In this document: one piece after another, positions 14,305 through 27,729 of the stretch
Position numbering within the stretch: position 1 is the stretch's first letter
How the letters are laid out: each line of letters starts with the position of its first letter
Assembly (NCBI GenBank): GCA_028534125.1
Contig: CM052832.1
Coordinates: 21,950,001-22,014,000 of the forward strand
DNA from: Lama glama
Lineage: Eukaryota
Reading direction: 5' to 3'
Length of the DNA stretch: 64,000 bases
The notes under the pieces: generated by a model
Database searches by the model: none
What the model was told of the DNA's origin: nothing
The model's input: the letters and a program-made list of their open reading frames with translations, nothing else
Translations under genes and position numbers: made by a program

Positions 14305-16066
14305 GAAGCCCTTAAATCACCCGTGTTTATGATACACATGAATCTGTGTATATAGCACTGCACAAAAATTCTTAGAAACTCTTAAATTTGAGCCTTACCA
14401 AGCTATGAGGAAGGAAGGACCAAAAGCTGAGTCTCTGCAAATGCCTCCACACTCAAACCATCTCCCCTTAAATTAACCATCATTTTGGTAAAGTAGGAAT
14501 GAGGGAAACATTCAAGTGCTGCAGGTTACTCCATTCTCTTTTAATACTAAGCCTCTCTACCCTGAATATATGTTTATGGATTTGAGGATTAATGAGCTAC
14601 TCAAGTTGCACCTTACACGAAGTTTAGTTTAGTTAAGTGTGAAATCAATGGAATGGTAAGAGGTATCAAATGTGTCTTCAGATTCAAAAAACTGCTACCT
14701 GAGCACGCTCCTCTGGGCAAAAGGACAATGAGCACACTTTACGACAAGAACAGTCAGGGCCAACAGAGCAAGGACAATGTCAAGCAGTGAGCAATGAACG
14801 AATAATTTCACACGTGGTCTCCAGCATATATGTGGTGGGCTGGTATCTGCACTGGATCACGCTGCCTCAGAAGAGGTCAATTTGTCCAATTCTTACATAA
14901 GTACGACTAAGAAGTTTGAAAAGCAATAAATCAGAAAAAAAATAAAGTGCTAACTAATTTAATGATTTCTAATAATTTTATGAGAAAACTCTTTGTAACA
15001 CAAAACTCACTTTTTATATATAAAGGTATAGCTGCAGTAATACTGCCATCTATCGTCCAAGAGCTGAAAATACATCATGTCTTTTAATCCAAACCTACCA
15101 GAATTTTAAAGGCCAAAACGTGCCAACATTATTTCACATTTCAGGGTCAGCATCTTAAAAAAGGTTTGTTTTTTTTTTCCAAAATCAGAGACAACAATGC
15201 AAAAATAGATTTTTAAGTACTTTCTCATCTGCCCATTTTCTTAGAAAAATAAAATTGAAACAGGCTATTTCTAAATGAATTATTAAAAAATTGTTTTACA
15301 GAATCTCAAAGTGTAATGCGAATCATCAAGCAATTAAACAAAAGAAAAGTTTCTGAAAACCTATCAGTCTATATCAATTTGTCACTCAAAAATTATAAAA
15401 TATCAATATTAAAACTTGAAAATATTTCAAATTGTTCAATATCAGAAGGCCAGTGATTCCAAAAGGACTAGTAATCTTAACACAATTTAGCACTCCATAG
15501 TTTATTCGCAAAAATTAATGCAACTACTTGTGAGTTGAAGTATTACCACTTACATGCTACAAGAAATGCAAACAAGAAGTTTAAGTGACCTGAAAAGGTC
15601 AGGCCAAAAGTGGAACAGGATTGAAAACTGATCCTCAAGTTCCCAAAGAAAGACAATAAAAAAGGTGAAATTTTCCCACATCTACTGTTGAGAAAATTGC
15701 AAAAAAAGAGCTTAAAACTTTCATCAAAATAATTTGATGACCATGCAAGTTATTAAAACTATTACTGGGCATTCCACTAAAGCACTGCAAAATTTAACAA
15801 AATTCTCAGCATACAGAATTTAAATTTTAGGAACCTGAATAGAGAAAGCTATTCAGTTTTTATAACATAAAGCATAATATAATTCCTCATGTAATGAAAA
15901 GCAATTTTCTCCCATTTCTCAGTCATCTTGGGCTTATTTTAAAATAAAGACAACCTCCTCACAAGATCTTATAGGGAAAGTAGTTGTAAATTTGAAGGGT
16001 AAATATAATCTAAATTATACTTCAATGAAGTTGTTAAAATTTTTCTTAAAAAAAATTATAAGAAAA

Positions 16067-16180
16067 GGGTAGGGTATAGCTCAACTGGTAGAGCACATGC
16101 TTAGCATATACAAGGTCCTGGGTTCAATCCCCAGTATCGCTTCTAAAAATAAAAAATAAATAAATAAGTAAACCTAATTA
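16067..16180 (+). mobile_element. tRNA-Ala-derived SINE (Vic-1-like)
   Basis: GGGTATAGCTCAACTGGTAGAGCACATGCTTAGCAT...GGTTCAATCCCCAG head with an A-rich (AAAT)n tail. Confidence 0.9.
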
Positions 16181-19100
16181 ACTGCTGGGAAAAAAGAACT
16201 AGTTCCAGAAATTGACACAACACTGTAAACTGACTATACTTCTATATATATATATATATATAAACTTAATGGGAAAACATTCACCGCAGAATGACAATTA
16301 AGGTATGCAATATCTTTACTACAACATTTTCCTTAAGAAATGTACATTACTTGGCTCCATTTTCAGGTGACATAACAATGTTTTTATACTTCTACAAAGT
16401 CTTCTTATCCCTGAGGCCACAAATGCAACAGTGACAGTTTTCCAGGAAGTTATGCATAACATATGTCAATTAATTATATGTATCAATGGCCCCCCAAATT
16501 GAAGCACTTTGAAGAACCAATTATAAAAATGGTTTCTCAATTACGTTTGTCCACATCCTTCCAACTAATGGAGTCTTTCATGAATACCTACATATATACA
16601 CACACAACCTAATTAATTCCCTTATACTGACTTTCATTTCAGTCTTTGGTTTTACTTAGGATGTCAAGTCTGTTCTCTGCAATTTCCACTTTAAAAATCA
16701 CACTTTAACCCCCTTAAATAGCTGCTCATATTCCACAACTTCAACCAACCTTTAACTTAGTCACCATTCCCAACCAACTTTCCTCAACAAAATGGAGATG
16801 GGGTTGAGGAGCACACTGTTACTCAGTTCCTCACAAAAGGATTTTTCCTGACTCAAGTAAGCCATTCCAGAACTCTCCAAATACAGGATTCCAAAATTTC
16901 ATCTACTAAGAACATACGGGCTGATCAGAAAGAAACAGTCTAGTCCTAGATTGTTTCAACCCCAATTGTTTATTATACATACTGCAAGGCAATGTGCAAA
17001 GAGGTCTCATTTTATATTTAGATATCTCCAAATTACCTCCTGTCACCAAATCCTAACCTCATGAGCTTTCTTTTCTTCTCTCTAGGTAGATAAAAGGTAG
17101 GGAAGCTACCAAACTTCTTTAAGACTTCTATCCTTGAAAGCTGAGTGTTGGAGAGACTTCATAAAAAGAATACAGCTCGGTGATTCAATGACGACTGTCA
17201 TATGACACACTGGTGCATCACTTTTATTTTGTTGGAAGTCACACCCTGGAAAAATGTCTACCTCTACTACCCCTGTGCCATCAGCTCCTCATATAACGCC
17301 AGCTTTTGATAAAATCCTCTACTTCCTAGGTGATATAATAGTGGCAAGAAGAAACTAGAAAAATATTAAGACTTACGAACAATATTCTTCCTAGTTCATG
17401 CAAAAAACCTATATAATATTCCCACAGTAACCAGAGAGAGAAAGCGAAAGTAAATTACCAGGAAGTTAAGAAATAATTTTAATTATCTTAAGATTATAGT
17501 TTTCTAGGACATAGGATATAAAAAGTAAAATCTTATAAAACTAGCCTGAAATGCCCACATGAGGACATTTTACAGATCAACAGATATAGTTCCTATTTTA
17601 GTGTATATAACCCTTTCTATGTTTAACTTCTGATCTTTAGAATAATGCTAAGATTGAACTGTATCTACATGCTGATGGTCACCCTTTGCATTACAGGCAC
17701 TCTGCAAATGATCAGAGTAGAATTTATTTTCACTGAAATTCCAGATGGATTTCAAAATCTTCAGATAAAAGCATCACCTTTGGCTAGAGAATAAATTTCT
17801 GCAAGGAAACTGTGTTACATTAAGAAAATGTTCTCTTCAGCACATAACTAAATCCCTCATCATAAATACCAATTACTAATACACATGACTTAAGTCAGAA
17901 ACCTAAATATCAGGCTATTTTTAAATAACCTTTTAAAAGCCTAGGTTAGCAAAGTCTTTTTCTGCCTTCATCTCAAAGCTACATAAAACCAGCAATAGAC
18001 GTGAATGTGTTTTACAAACTGTAAGACAATATACACACTGTAAATAACTGTGAGGCTGGTAAAGGAGCAAGAAGGATGGATTAAAGAGGTACATGTGGAA
18101 GGCAAGTTAAAAGTCCTGCACTATACACGCAATGATGGAAGGCAAGTTAGAAGCCCTGCACTAAGACACACAATGATTCGCTCACTGAACTCCACTGGAG
18201 GTTCAAGAATACAAAAATCAAGATGTTCTATTTGTTCCACTGGGAGATGACTCTATGATTAAGGAGGTGGAAATGCACCAGGGAGCTCTCAGCTGATACT
18301 GCCTCTTACAAAAGAAACAGCTTACTTCCAACTCCTAACTCAGCGCTGAAATTAACAAACTGAGCATATTCCTGTGTAATGGAGTCCAACGGTCTGTATC
18401 CCCCGCTCCCTCCCCTCCCAAAAAAGAATGGCTTCTAATCAGGATCCCATATAAAAGATGACTAAAGAAGAAATTTCAAAATGAGGGGCAGCACGAACTA
18501 CCCTAATAAAAGCCATTACTATTAAATTTCCACACTGGACTGCTTTTAAAATACCAACTGTGAGAGACTACACAGCGTAAGACAAAGAGCAGAGGCTGCG
18601 GTGACAGACAGTTAAGTGCCCCTGTCAGCTCCTGCACGGATTCACTAGGTGAAGTTGTGCAGGTCATGTGTCTTCCTTCTCAGTATCAATCTCACCTTAG
18701 AATATGAAGTAATCTCACACCTAGGTTATTTCATTTGATCCTTGCAATAACTTACATGAAATGCCTAATAGACGGTAGGCTTTTAGCCAATTCAGTCCTC
18801 TTCCCTGAAAATGTGTACAAAAATCCTGATTTCACTTTGAACTAGCTGGCACAAAATAATGTGTCACATAAGAGAAGAATGTATCATACATTCAATATTC
18901 ATTTAGTTGTGTTTTGAAGAAGCTGAAGGCTCTTGCTTTTTCAGCTTCCCACAGAATTAATCTCTTCACTTCATCTCCTTTATTATGCATGTAAACTCAA
19001 GATATTAATATGAAATGTCATGACCACCAGTGCTTAAAAGAGATAAAGCAGGGAAAGTTTGTTTTGTTGGGTTTTTTTAAAGGAAGTTTATGTGCACTCA

Positions 19101-20064
19101 TACTTTAATTATGAACAAGAAGTATTATTTTCAAAACTCCAAGTCCAAACACAAAAACGCAACTTTAATGTCTTTAAAAGTCTACCATCCACAGTGTGGT
19201 TCTTGAATTTATTTCTTACACAAACGTTTCTATTCATCAGTCTAATATACCCCCTTGACCTCAGTCTTCCAATTTAAAGCTACTTCAAATTAAATGGCCA
19301 GGTTCAGGAAATATGCTTACACTTTAGTCATTCAATTATATAATACTGTCCTTTACCAAATAAACTAATGTTTGTTTCCACAACAACAAAGAGATATTAA
19401 TTTTCTTAATTCAAACATAAGACTTTATACTCTGACTTGACATTAACATCAAGCATTTCTAAAATATAAATTGGAAATGCTTTTTTGATAAAAGCAGGCC
19501 TTATTTCCCCTGTATTATAAAAAAATGAAAGAATACATTCAAAGACCTTGATCATTTACTAAAATAACTTCTAAGATTTAGAATGTAGTATGAATGCTTT
19601 TCCTCTACTAGAAAACAATCATCTTCTTGTCTGCTGGAATCCATGTCTAGCGCATTTTCATGTCTGCACACCTAGCATTATACCCTGTAGCATGTATCAT
19701 GGTCAGAGAACATTTGTTGAATGAATGAACTCTATACAGCTATAACAAAGAAACTATCAAGAACTGCAACAGCCCAGCAATTTCAAAATGATTTCTCTGA
19801 AACTGTGGGCACCCAAGCTAAATGCTCTATTCTGACTTAGGTAAGCTCATCACAGATATTTCATGTACATAACATGTTATTCTCAGGTGTCTATGAACTA
19901 GAATCTAAGTCAATGGCCTTGTGATGGACTTTTTCCCACTAACTAAAAAGTGATACTATATTCAATCACAGTAGAGAGGACTACAAACTAAACATCTCTC
20001 TCTCCAACATCTTTTTTATCTCTTCAACCTATCTCTAACATCTCTCTACTTTACCTGTATCTAA

Positions 20065-20590
20065 ATGAGGGCTGTTCCTAAAGCAGTCACCTTGGAAGAC
20101 CATACCTTCACTCCACCATTTGGGCCAGGCAACGGTTATGAGTTCTTTGCCGAAATTGTGTAAGGGTCGTAAGTTTCTGAAGAGATCCAAAAAGTTTAAG
20201 AATCACTACTATAAACATTTTTTGGAACTCTTTTAAAACAGTTTTCAGAATCAGTTAAGACAAATAAAAAATGCCTTATTTTTAACTAAAACAGCATTGT
20301 TCAACATCATATCACATACTTTTGGCCTCAAATGACCTGTGACCATTCTAACACTAAATATACTCTCAAGATATGAAGATCTGCCACCAATGAGGATGCT
20401 GAAAATAATTTACCAACATCCCAAATGAAATAATCCTAAAATAGTCACTAAAAGTAGCATTATGGTGGGGGGGGGAGTTTAGTCCATAAAAACTGCTTAC
20501 GTAAAGAACACTCTCATGAAATATATATGTTCAGATCATACTTTTTGTTTTTGTTTTGTTTGTTGTTTGTTTTCAAATCATACTTTTTTT
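20065..20590 (+). mobile_element. MARNA-like mariner relic
   Basis: AGTCACCTTGGAAG, AACATTTTTGGAACTC, ATGAAGATCTGCCACCAATGAGGAT resemble the MARNA consensus as I recall it. Confidence 0.6.
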
Positions 20591-21354
20591 TTTTAAAGCC
20601 ACTATACCTACAAGGACAATTCAGTTGCTTTCCATGATACTGATTTAAATGCATCATGCAAACAGGTATCCATGATACAATTAATTGTTCTGAGTTTTAG
20701 GGAATGACATCATTTCTCCACAGTAGGTTTCACTCTTTGAAATGACAAGCAAGCAAGCACTATTTTATAACTTATGAACCACCTTTTTCCTCGAAATAAA
20801 AAGGGTTTGAAGGCGGCAACAAACAAGAGCTTACTGCTCTGAGTAAGCCTCTATGAGGTTTTACTATGGAGTAATTATATTCCTAGATTCAAATAGTTAA
20901 AAGCAGCAATATCAAGTATATAACCACATAATCTCTCTCTTCTCCAAATAGTAAAAATACCTACTACTACTAAGAATTTTGAATTTCTCTGTATACTGTT
21001 ATCAATAACCTCTGTGTACATTATACATAAAATACTTTATACCTAGTTCTTATCAATTATAAAATTAAACAAAAATATTTTAGTTCTGTATTTGATTCCT
21101 GAAACATTATAAACTATTAAACAATAATAATTTTTATAAACTCCCACTATTCCACAATAACAGAAGAGACGACTGGCCAGGTATTCAGAAATCATTCACA
21201 TCATGTATCTAACCTAAATAAAAGACCTGCAGAGATTTCCTACTAAATGTTTTACAGAAGGGAACACTGTTTCTATTTTCTGGGCCTATAGCATCTAGAC
21301 AAGCAAAGAAAGTGGTCCTAAAGTCTGCTGCATGCAAGTCATACCAGAATTAAA

Positions 21355-21525
21355 AACGTAGCATATAGCACAGGGAACTAACTATATTCAGTATCTTGTA
21401 ATAACCTTTAACGAAAAAGAATATGAAAACAAATATACATATATATATGCATGACTGGGACATTAGGCTGTACACCAGAAATTGACACATTATAACTGAC
21501 TATACTTCGATTTTTAAAAAATGGA
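21355..21525 (+). mobile_element. Short L1 3'-end fragment (lineage-type)
   Basis: TATAGCACAGGGAACT...CTGTACACCAGAAATTGACACA...ACTATACTTC, matching the L1 tails at 25.7-25.9 kb and 16.2 kb. Confidence 0.8.
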
Positions 21526-22419
21526 TTATCAATTTCTAAAGTGGGTACAATCAACAGTATACAAAGTTAATACAAATAGATGTAAATAATGTAGATACAT
21601 AAAATAATATACTACACTAAGAAAAATAAATTCATATTCAAGTAATTGCTTTATTTTCCCTTTGTATTATTCCCAAATAAGAAACCAAAATTAGGTGTGC
21701 ATAACAAAGCTTAATACCCTTGTGTAAACACATTAGGACTGTTATTTTACAAAGAGTACTATTATAAGACTAAAAACAAACTGCTAATGGACTAAAATTC
21801 AAATTAAAATGTGTTAGATATTGAATACCACCTAGGAAAAGTCAAGCTCTGATTTTTTTTTTAAATGTTCTAGTCAATTATCTTAAAGGCTATTTTCTTA
21901 ATTTTCAAACTGCGCCATCAGAATGTGGTAAGGCAAGTCTAGTCTAAATTATACTGAAAATTACTAATGAATATAGAAGCAATTCTAAAAGCAGATTTGG
22001 AGTGTTTTTATCTAAAGAACAGAAGTATTAAGAGTGATTTTTTTTCTATCTAGAGAATAAGTCATCAAAAGCACAAAGTTAATGACATATGATCATTTAG
22101 TTACTGAAGGAAACAATGCTGTGAAAGGAATAATTGTCCAAGCCTCCGTACTCCTCACGTCCATCTTGAAGCCAAGACTGGTCAATTACACATGCAAAGG
22201 CAACTATGAGATACAGATTAGCAGTCAAATGCAGTGTTTTGGAGCAACAGACTCCACTGCCTACATGATTTACAGTAAGACACAACCTCGCCATCCTCAC
22301 ATATAAAGTAAGAGTTCTAATACATCCTTATATCACAAGGACTAAGCTTAACACATATAAAGCACTGAGCCAGTGCCTGTCACAAAGCATTCAAATTATG
22401 TTCCCATTTAATACACATA

Positions 22420-23600
22420 CAAGAGAAAATACATACAGAGCATGTACGTGCCAGCTAGTGTACAAAGACATTTCCTAACTCTGTCCACTGAGAGGACCGA
22501 GAAGCACTGACACTGTAAGGTGGCAATGCGCACACCTAGTGCCCAGATCTCTGGGCTGGTTCTAAACACCATTCTCTTAATGAAAGGGATCAGGATTCCT
22601 TGGAAAAGTGGTTGCTTCCAAGGCTGCAGAAGGGAAAATGTGAGACCAGAACACCTTGTGGTGCCAGAAAATAGGAAAGTGCCCAAAAAGGAATAGGAGC
22701 ATGTTGAAGAGACACAGGCGCCACAGGCTGAACGAGGTCCTATGGCCAAAACTGAAACAATACAAGCAACAAAATAATGACAGTACTGAATGATAGTCTG
22801 TGCAGTAACATAAATATTCACAAGTCCACACTGATACAGACAAGGAAAATGTGGGAGAAAGGACAACTCTTTCTTACAGAATAATTTCAGTTAATAAATG
22901 TGGAAGAAAACAGAAAATCAACAGTAAGTAAATATCACAGCAGTAACTGTTACAGATAAGATCCACCAACAGACACTAAAACTATCGAATACTAAAATAA
23001 GTAGGCAGAAGGTTGAAGAAACACAGGAATATTTATTACTTATAATGAGTAAAACAGTAACGTAACTGTGGAGAAATCTGGCAGACAAGAGTTAGTGTAT
23101 TAACATCATGAACCCCCTGATACAATGCACTGAAAAGGATATAGTATCACTTTTGTGCTCTTCGTGGCAAAAATGCATACACTGTCTTATTTTAATCATG
23201 AGAAACTATCAGACAATACCAAGCTGAGGGACATTCTATAAAATAATTAGTTTTCTTCTGAAATGTCAAGGTCATAAAAGACAAGAAAAAAATTGAGGAA
23301 CTGGTACAGATTGGAAGGAGACATCACAAGTAAACCTAAGGTGAGACTCTAGATTGGATCCTAGAACAGAAAAAGGATTCAAACGGTAAATGTGGCAAAA
23401 TTCCAAACAGGATCTGTAGTTTAGATAACAGTATTGCACTAATGCTAATTTCCCAGTTTATTAATTGTACTATAATTATGTAAGACGTTAAGATTGGGGA
23501 AGCTAAGTAAAGGGCATACACATACTCTGTAATTTTACTACTTTTCTGTACGTCCAAATTAATTTCAAAATAAAGGGTTTTTTTTTTTAAGTTTTTAAAA
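22420..23600 (+). mobile_element. Old L1 3' UTR (L1MC/ME-like)
   Basis: Diverged homology in the opposite orientation to 43165-44350 (e.g. CTTGTGGTGCCAGAAA, CACACCTAGTGC, AAATGTCAAGGTCAT). Confidence 0.75.
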
Positions 23601-23615
23601 AATATGTCTTATATA

Positions 23616-23836
23616 CAGTCATCCCTCAGTATCCACAGGGAATTCATTCCAAGACCCAAAGGGATACCAAAACCTGCATATGTTCAATTCCCAGAGTCAG
23701 TCCTCCATATCCGAGGGTTCCAAGCCCAAAGATTCAACCAACCACACACTGTAAACATAGCAGTATATGTCCTGAAAAAAGTCCACGGATAAGAGGATCC
23801 GTGAAGCTCAAACCCATGCTGTTGAAGAGTCATCTG
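23616..23836. mobile_element. MER8-like TcMar-Tigger MITE
   Basis: TA|CAGTCATCCCTCAGTATCC ... TGAAGAGTCATCTG|TA: terminal inverted repeats with a TA duplication. Confidence 0.75.
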
Positions 23837-23994
23837 TAGTAACCTATGCAACATAAATCAGCTTCATTCTTTTTTGCCTTAAAATCATTAAGTTATGCTA
23901 AAATATCCTCTAGCTGCTGAAGCTAAAATACATCTCTCTGGAAAAGTTAGCTCCAAACAATTTAATCAATAAAATACATTACAGATGCCATTAC

Positions 23995-24107
23995 CTGTAA
24001 TTTTATATCCATAAGCAGCTAGTTGTCCAGCCATATATTCTCCATCCGAATTATTATGAGAACAACCCCATGTTCGTACCCAAATTTTCTGTATGCCTGG
24101 AATAGTG
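23995..24107 (-). CDS. CDKAL1: CDKAL1 second coding exon (exon 4), start of the MTTase N-terminal (UPF0004) domain
   Basis: 113 nt; acceptor T-run-AATTAACAG|C, donor ACAG|GTAATG. Joins the previous exon in frame (AG+C=Ser) and reads [38 protein letters not shown], containing the TxGCxxN methylthiotransferase motif. Confidence 0.97.
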
Positions 24108-24351
24108 CTGTTAATTAAAAAAAAAAAGTCTCATTAAGGGATTTTTAAAAATAAAAAAACACTAGGTAATTTCTGGGCATAGTATGTAAAAAACACTCAC
24201 TGCAACCCATTTGCAAGCTATTCATTAAAAGCAGTAACTAAATACATAATCTGTCATTACACCAAAAATCTAAATCAAGATAAAATTAGCATAGAATTCT
24301 AAGTTAAGACTCTCTCTATTAAAAAAAAAAATCTTTTTCTCTGAATTGTAT

Positions 24352-24516
24352 CTTTTTAATTTTTCATTTTTTTTTATTGTTAGTTATTTATTTTTTTGCA
24401 GGGGGAGAGAGGTAGCTTTATTCATTTATTTAGTTTTTAGTGGAGGTACTGGGGATTGAACCCAGGACCTCATGCATGCTAAGTATGTGCTCTACCACTG
24501 AGCTCTACCCTCCCCC
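24352..24516 (-). mobile_element. tRNA-Ala-derived SINE (Vic-1-like) with 15-bp TSD
   Basis: Full head and tail; exact direct repeat TTCTCTGAATTGTAT at 24337-24351 and 24517-24531. Confidence 0.93.
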
Positions 24517-24656
24517 TTCTCTGAATTGTATTTTAACTTCAATGTGACAAAATACCACCACTAAATTCAACTCCTGGAAAGGTGCTAATAAATAACAGTA
24601 GCAGAGAAAATGGTTCTAACAGCAGCGGCAAATAAAGAAAAATTAAGTGCATCTAT

Positions 24657-25958
24657 GTAAGACCTGACACCATAGAACCCCCCGAAGAGAACATAGGCAA
24701 AATATTCTCTGACATAAATTGCAGCAATCATTTCTTGGATCAGTCTCCCAATGCAAAAGAAATCAAAGCAAAAATAAACAAATGGGACCTCATTAAACTT
24801 ATAAGCTTTTGCACAGAAGAAGCCATAAACAAAAAGACAACCCATGGAATGGGAGAAAATATTTGCAAACCATGCAGCCAGCAAGGAATTCATTTCCAAA
24901 ATATACCAATAGCTCATACAGCTCAATATCAAAAAAGCCAAACAATCCAATCAAAAAATGGGCAGATGACCTAAATAGACATTTCTCCAAAGACATACAG
25001 ACGGCCAACAGGCACATGAAAAGGTGCTCAATCTCACTAATTATTAGAGAAATGCAAATCAAAGCTACAAGAAGGTATCACCTCACACTGGTCAGAAAGA
25101 CCATGATCAGAAAGTCTACAAATAGTAAACTCTGAAGAGGGAGTGGAAAAAAGAGAACTCTCCTACACTGTTGGTAGGAATGTAAATTGGTGCAGCCACT
25201 ATGGAAAATAGTATGGAGGTTCCTTAAAAAATTAAAAAAAGTTTTTAACTGAGCTCTTGGGGATACATTTGGGAAAAGAAAACTCTAATTTGCAAAGATA
25301 CATACCCCAGTGTTCATAGCAGCACTATTTACAATAGCCAAGACATGGAAGCAACCCAAGTGTTCATCAATAGACAGCTGGCTTAGGAGGATGTGGTGTG
25401 TATGTATGTGTATGTGTGATATATATACACATACACATACATACACATATATACACAATGGAATATTATTCAGCCATAAAAAAGAATGAAATAATGCCAT
25501 TTGCAGCAACACGGAGGGACATACAGAATATTATGTTTAGTAAAATAAAGTCAGAGAAAGACAAATACCATATGATCTCACTTATATGTGGGATCTAAAA
25601 TATGATAAAAATAAACTTATTTACAAAACAGAAACAGACTCACATACACAGAAAACAAACTTATGATATCCCAAGAGGGAAAGTGGGGAAGGATAAACTA
25701 GGAGTTTGTGATTAACATATATACACTACTTTATATGAAAGAGATAAACATCAAGGACCTACTGTACAACACAGGGAACTATTTTCAATACCTTGTAATA
25801 ACCTATAGTGGAAAAGAATCTGAGAAAGAACATATATATATATATACACACACACACACCCCTATGTGTATATATATATATAACTGAGTCACTTTGCTGT
25901 TCACCTGAAACTAACACAACATTGTAAATCAACTACACTTAAATTTAAAAAAAAAAAA
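24657..25958 (+). mobile_element. 5'-truncated L1 (ORF2 C-terminus, 3' UTR, polyA)
   Basis: ORF2 peptides [57 protein letters not shown]; polyA at ~25947; imperfect TSD AAATTAAGTnnATCTAT. Confidence 0.95.
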
Positions 25959-26897
25959 ATTAAGTAGATCTATATGCTCACAGACACAGTAGTGATTTTC
26001 CTTTGCAAATTCTTGTCCAAGACAACTAGCTACAGTCTTTATTTTATAATTACAAATATAAATAACAATCAAAATGAAAATCTGCCACCCTATGGCATTA
26101 TTAAAAGTACTCCATATATAAAAATAAAGTTCTAAAATAAGCAATATTTTTAGGGAGGAGGAAAAAAAGACTTTTACAACTTGGATTGGTCTAATAATTA
26201 ATAATTAAATAGACATTACCTTAAGGACCTGTTGAGGATAGATTTAATAAACTACAGTCATTAAAATGTAAGCAAATTTTAAATTCATAGATTTTTAAAA
26301 GCTTACTGTTCCCAACAAAATCATCAGGGGTGTTACAGCTTTCAGCAATTTACTAGATAAACAACATAAGTGTATTATAACTGTGTAACTGCATAATCCT
26401 TTCTGGCTAGGTTGTATTAGAATGTCACTGAATGAGAGACCTAACATAATAGTGGAAACAGCACAATAATTTATTTGTGTACAATTCCATTAGATGATCC
26501 ATAATTATTTATGAATTTGCTAAGAAAAATCAAATGCTCAAACCATAACTATTTCATAAGAAGCACAAATTCCAATAAAAATTTTTAACTTGGGTTTAAC
26601 AATTACACACCAACTACAGTAATACCAAAGACATCTGGCCTGGGAATGGAAGGGAGATCTATTTCTGTGCCAAATACTGTCCTAGACCCTGCCTTTTAGG
26701 AACATCTTTTTCTTTCTTAGACTTTGCTAATTTTAAAATTATTCCAATTTAAAAAAATAATAAATCTACATATTTCATCTCAAGAGTTCAAAGATTTTTT
26801 AGAAGAGATATTATGTATATCATATACAATAATGCCAGCCTCTCACCTGGTATGATACTGAATATAATTGTAAAAAAAAAAAAAAAAAAAGCTTTAC

Positions 26898-27067
26898 CTA
26901 TCACTTGGTGGACTGCTTTCCTCTTGTAAATATTTTTGGGTGTTGCGCCTTCGCACCTTTGGAACAACGTGCTTTCTTGCAAAATGCCGATCTTGTGGCT
27001 TCGAATCTTCTTGTGACACAATATCTTCTATGTCATCCAGTAGCGTATCACAGGATGCAGAAGGCAT
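26898..27067 (-). CDS. CDKAL1: CDKAL1 first coding exon (exon 3, coding part; the exon starts at 27072)
   Basis: Translates [56 protein letters not shown], the CDKAL1 N-terminus as I recall it. Acceptor TTTTTTATGTGATAG|AGAAGATG; donor GATAG|GTAAAG; 170 coding nt, phase 2. Confidence 0.97.
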
Positions 27068-27729
27068 CTTCTCTATCACATAAAAAAGTTATAAATGATA
27101 CAAGCGTATGAGTCCTTTAGAAACTGTTCAATGTAACATCACCTATGAAATATTCTTGCCAAATCTTAATCTAATAAAGCCTTTAGATGTAACTTCAAGT
27201 TTACAGAAAATATAGGAGATAAAGAAATACAAGGAAACACCAGATAAATCTTACTGATAGTGGGATATTGCAAGGTTCAGCTAGAACTATTTCTCCAACA
27301 AGTCAATGTCATGGAGAAAAAAGCAGGAAAGGAGCTGTTCAAGACTAAATGAGACTTAAAAGATAGCAAGGAAACAGACTTCACGTTCTTGATTAGTACT
27401 TTGTCCAAAAATCGGTGAGACATTTTGGGAACTAGGGAAATCAGAGTATGAACTGGGTATCAGGTAATATTAGGATATTACTATAAATCATTAGATATAA
27501 AGTATTGCCCTTATGTTTAAAAATTTTATTTTTTTAATGATGAATACCAAATATTTGGAGATAAAACATCATTATGTCTATAATTTATTTTAAAACAGTA
27601 AAAAACACAGTAAGACATGTGGGACAACATTTAGAACTCTTAAATCTAGGAAATAGATATGCTGGTGTTTATGATCCAATTGTACTTTCCTGAATGTTCA
27701 AAATTTTTATAATTAAGAAAAGAAAATGT

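Noticed and set aside
15032..15059. CTCF-like CTGCCATCTATCGT
   Set aside because: Mismatches in the conserved end of the core (AGTGG expected); too weak to call.
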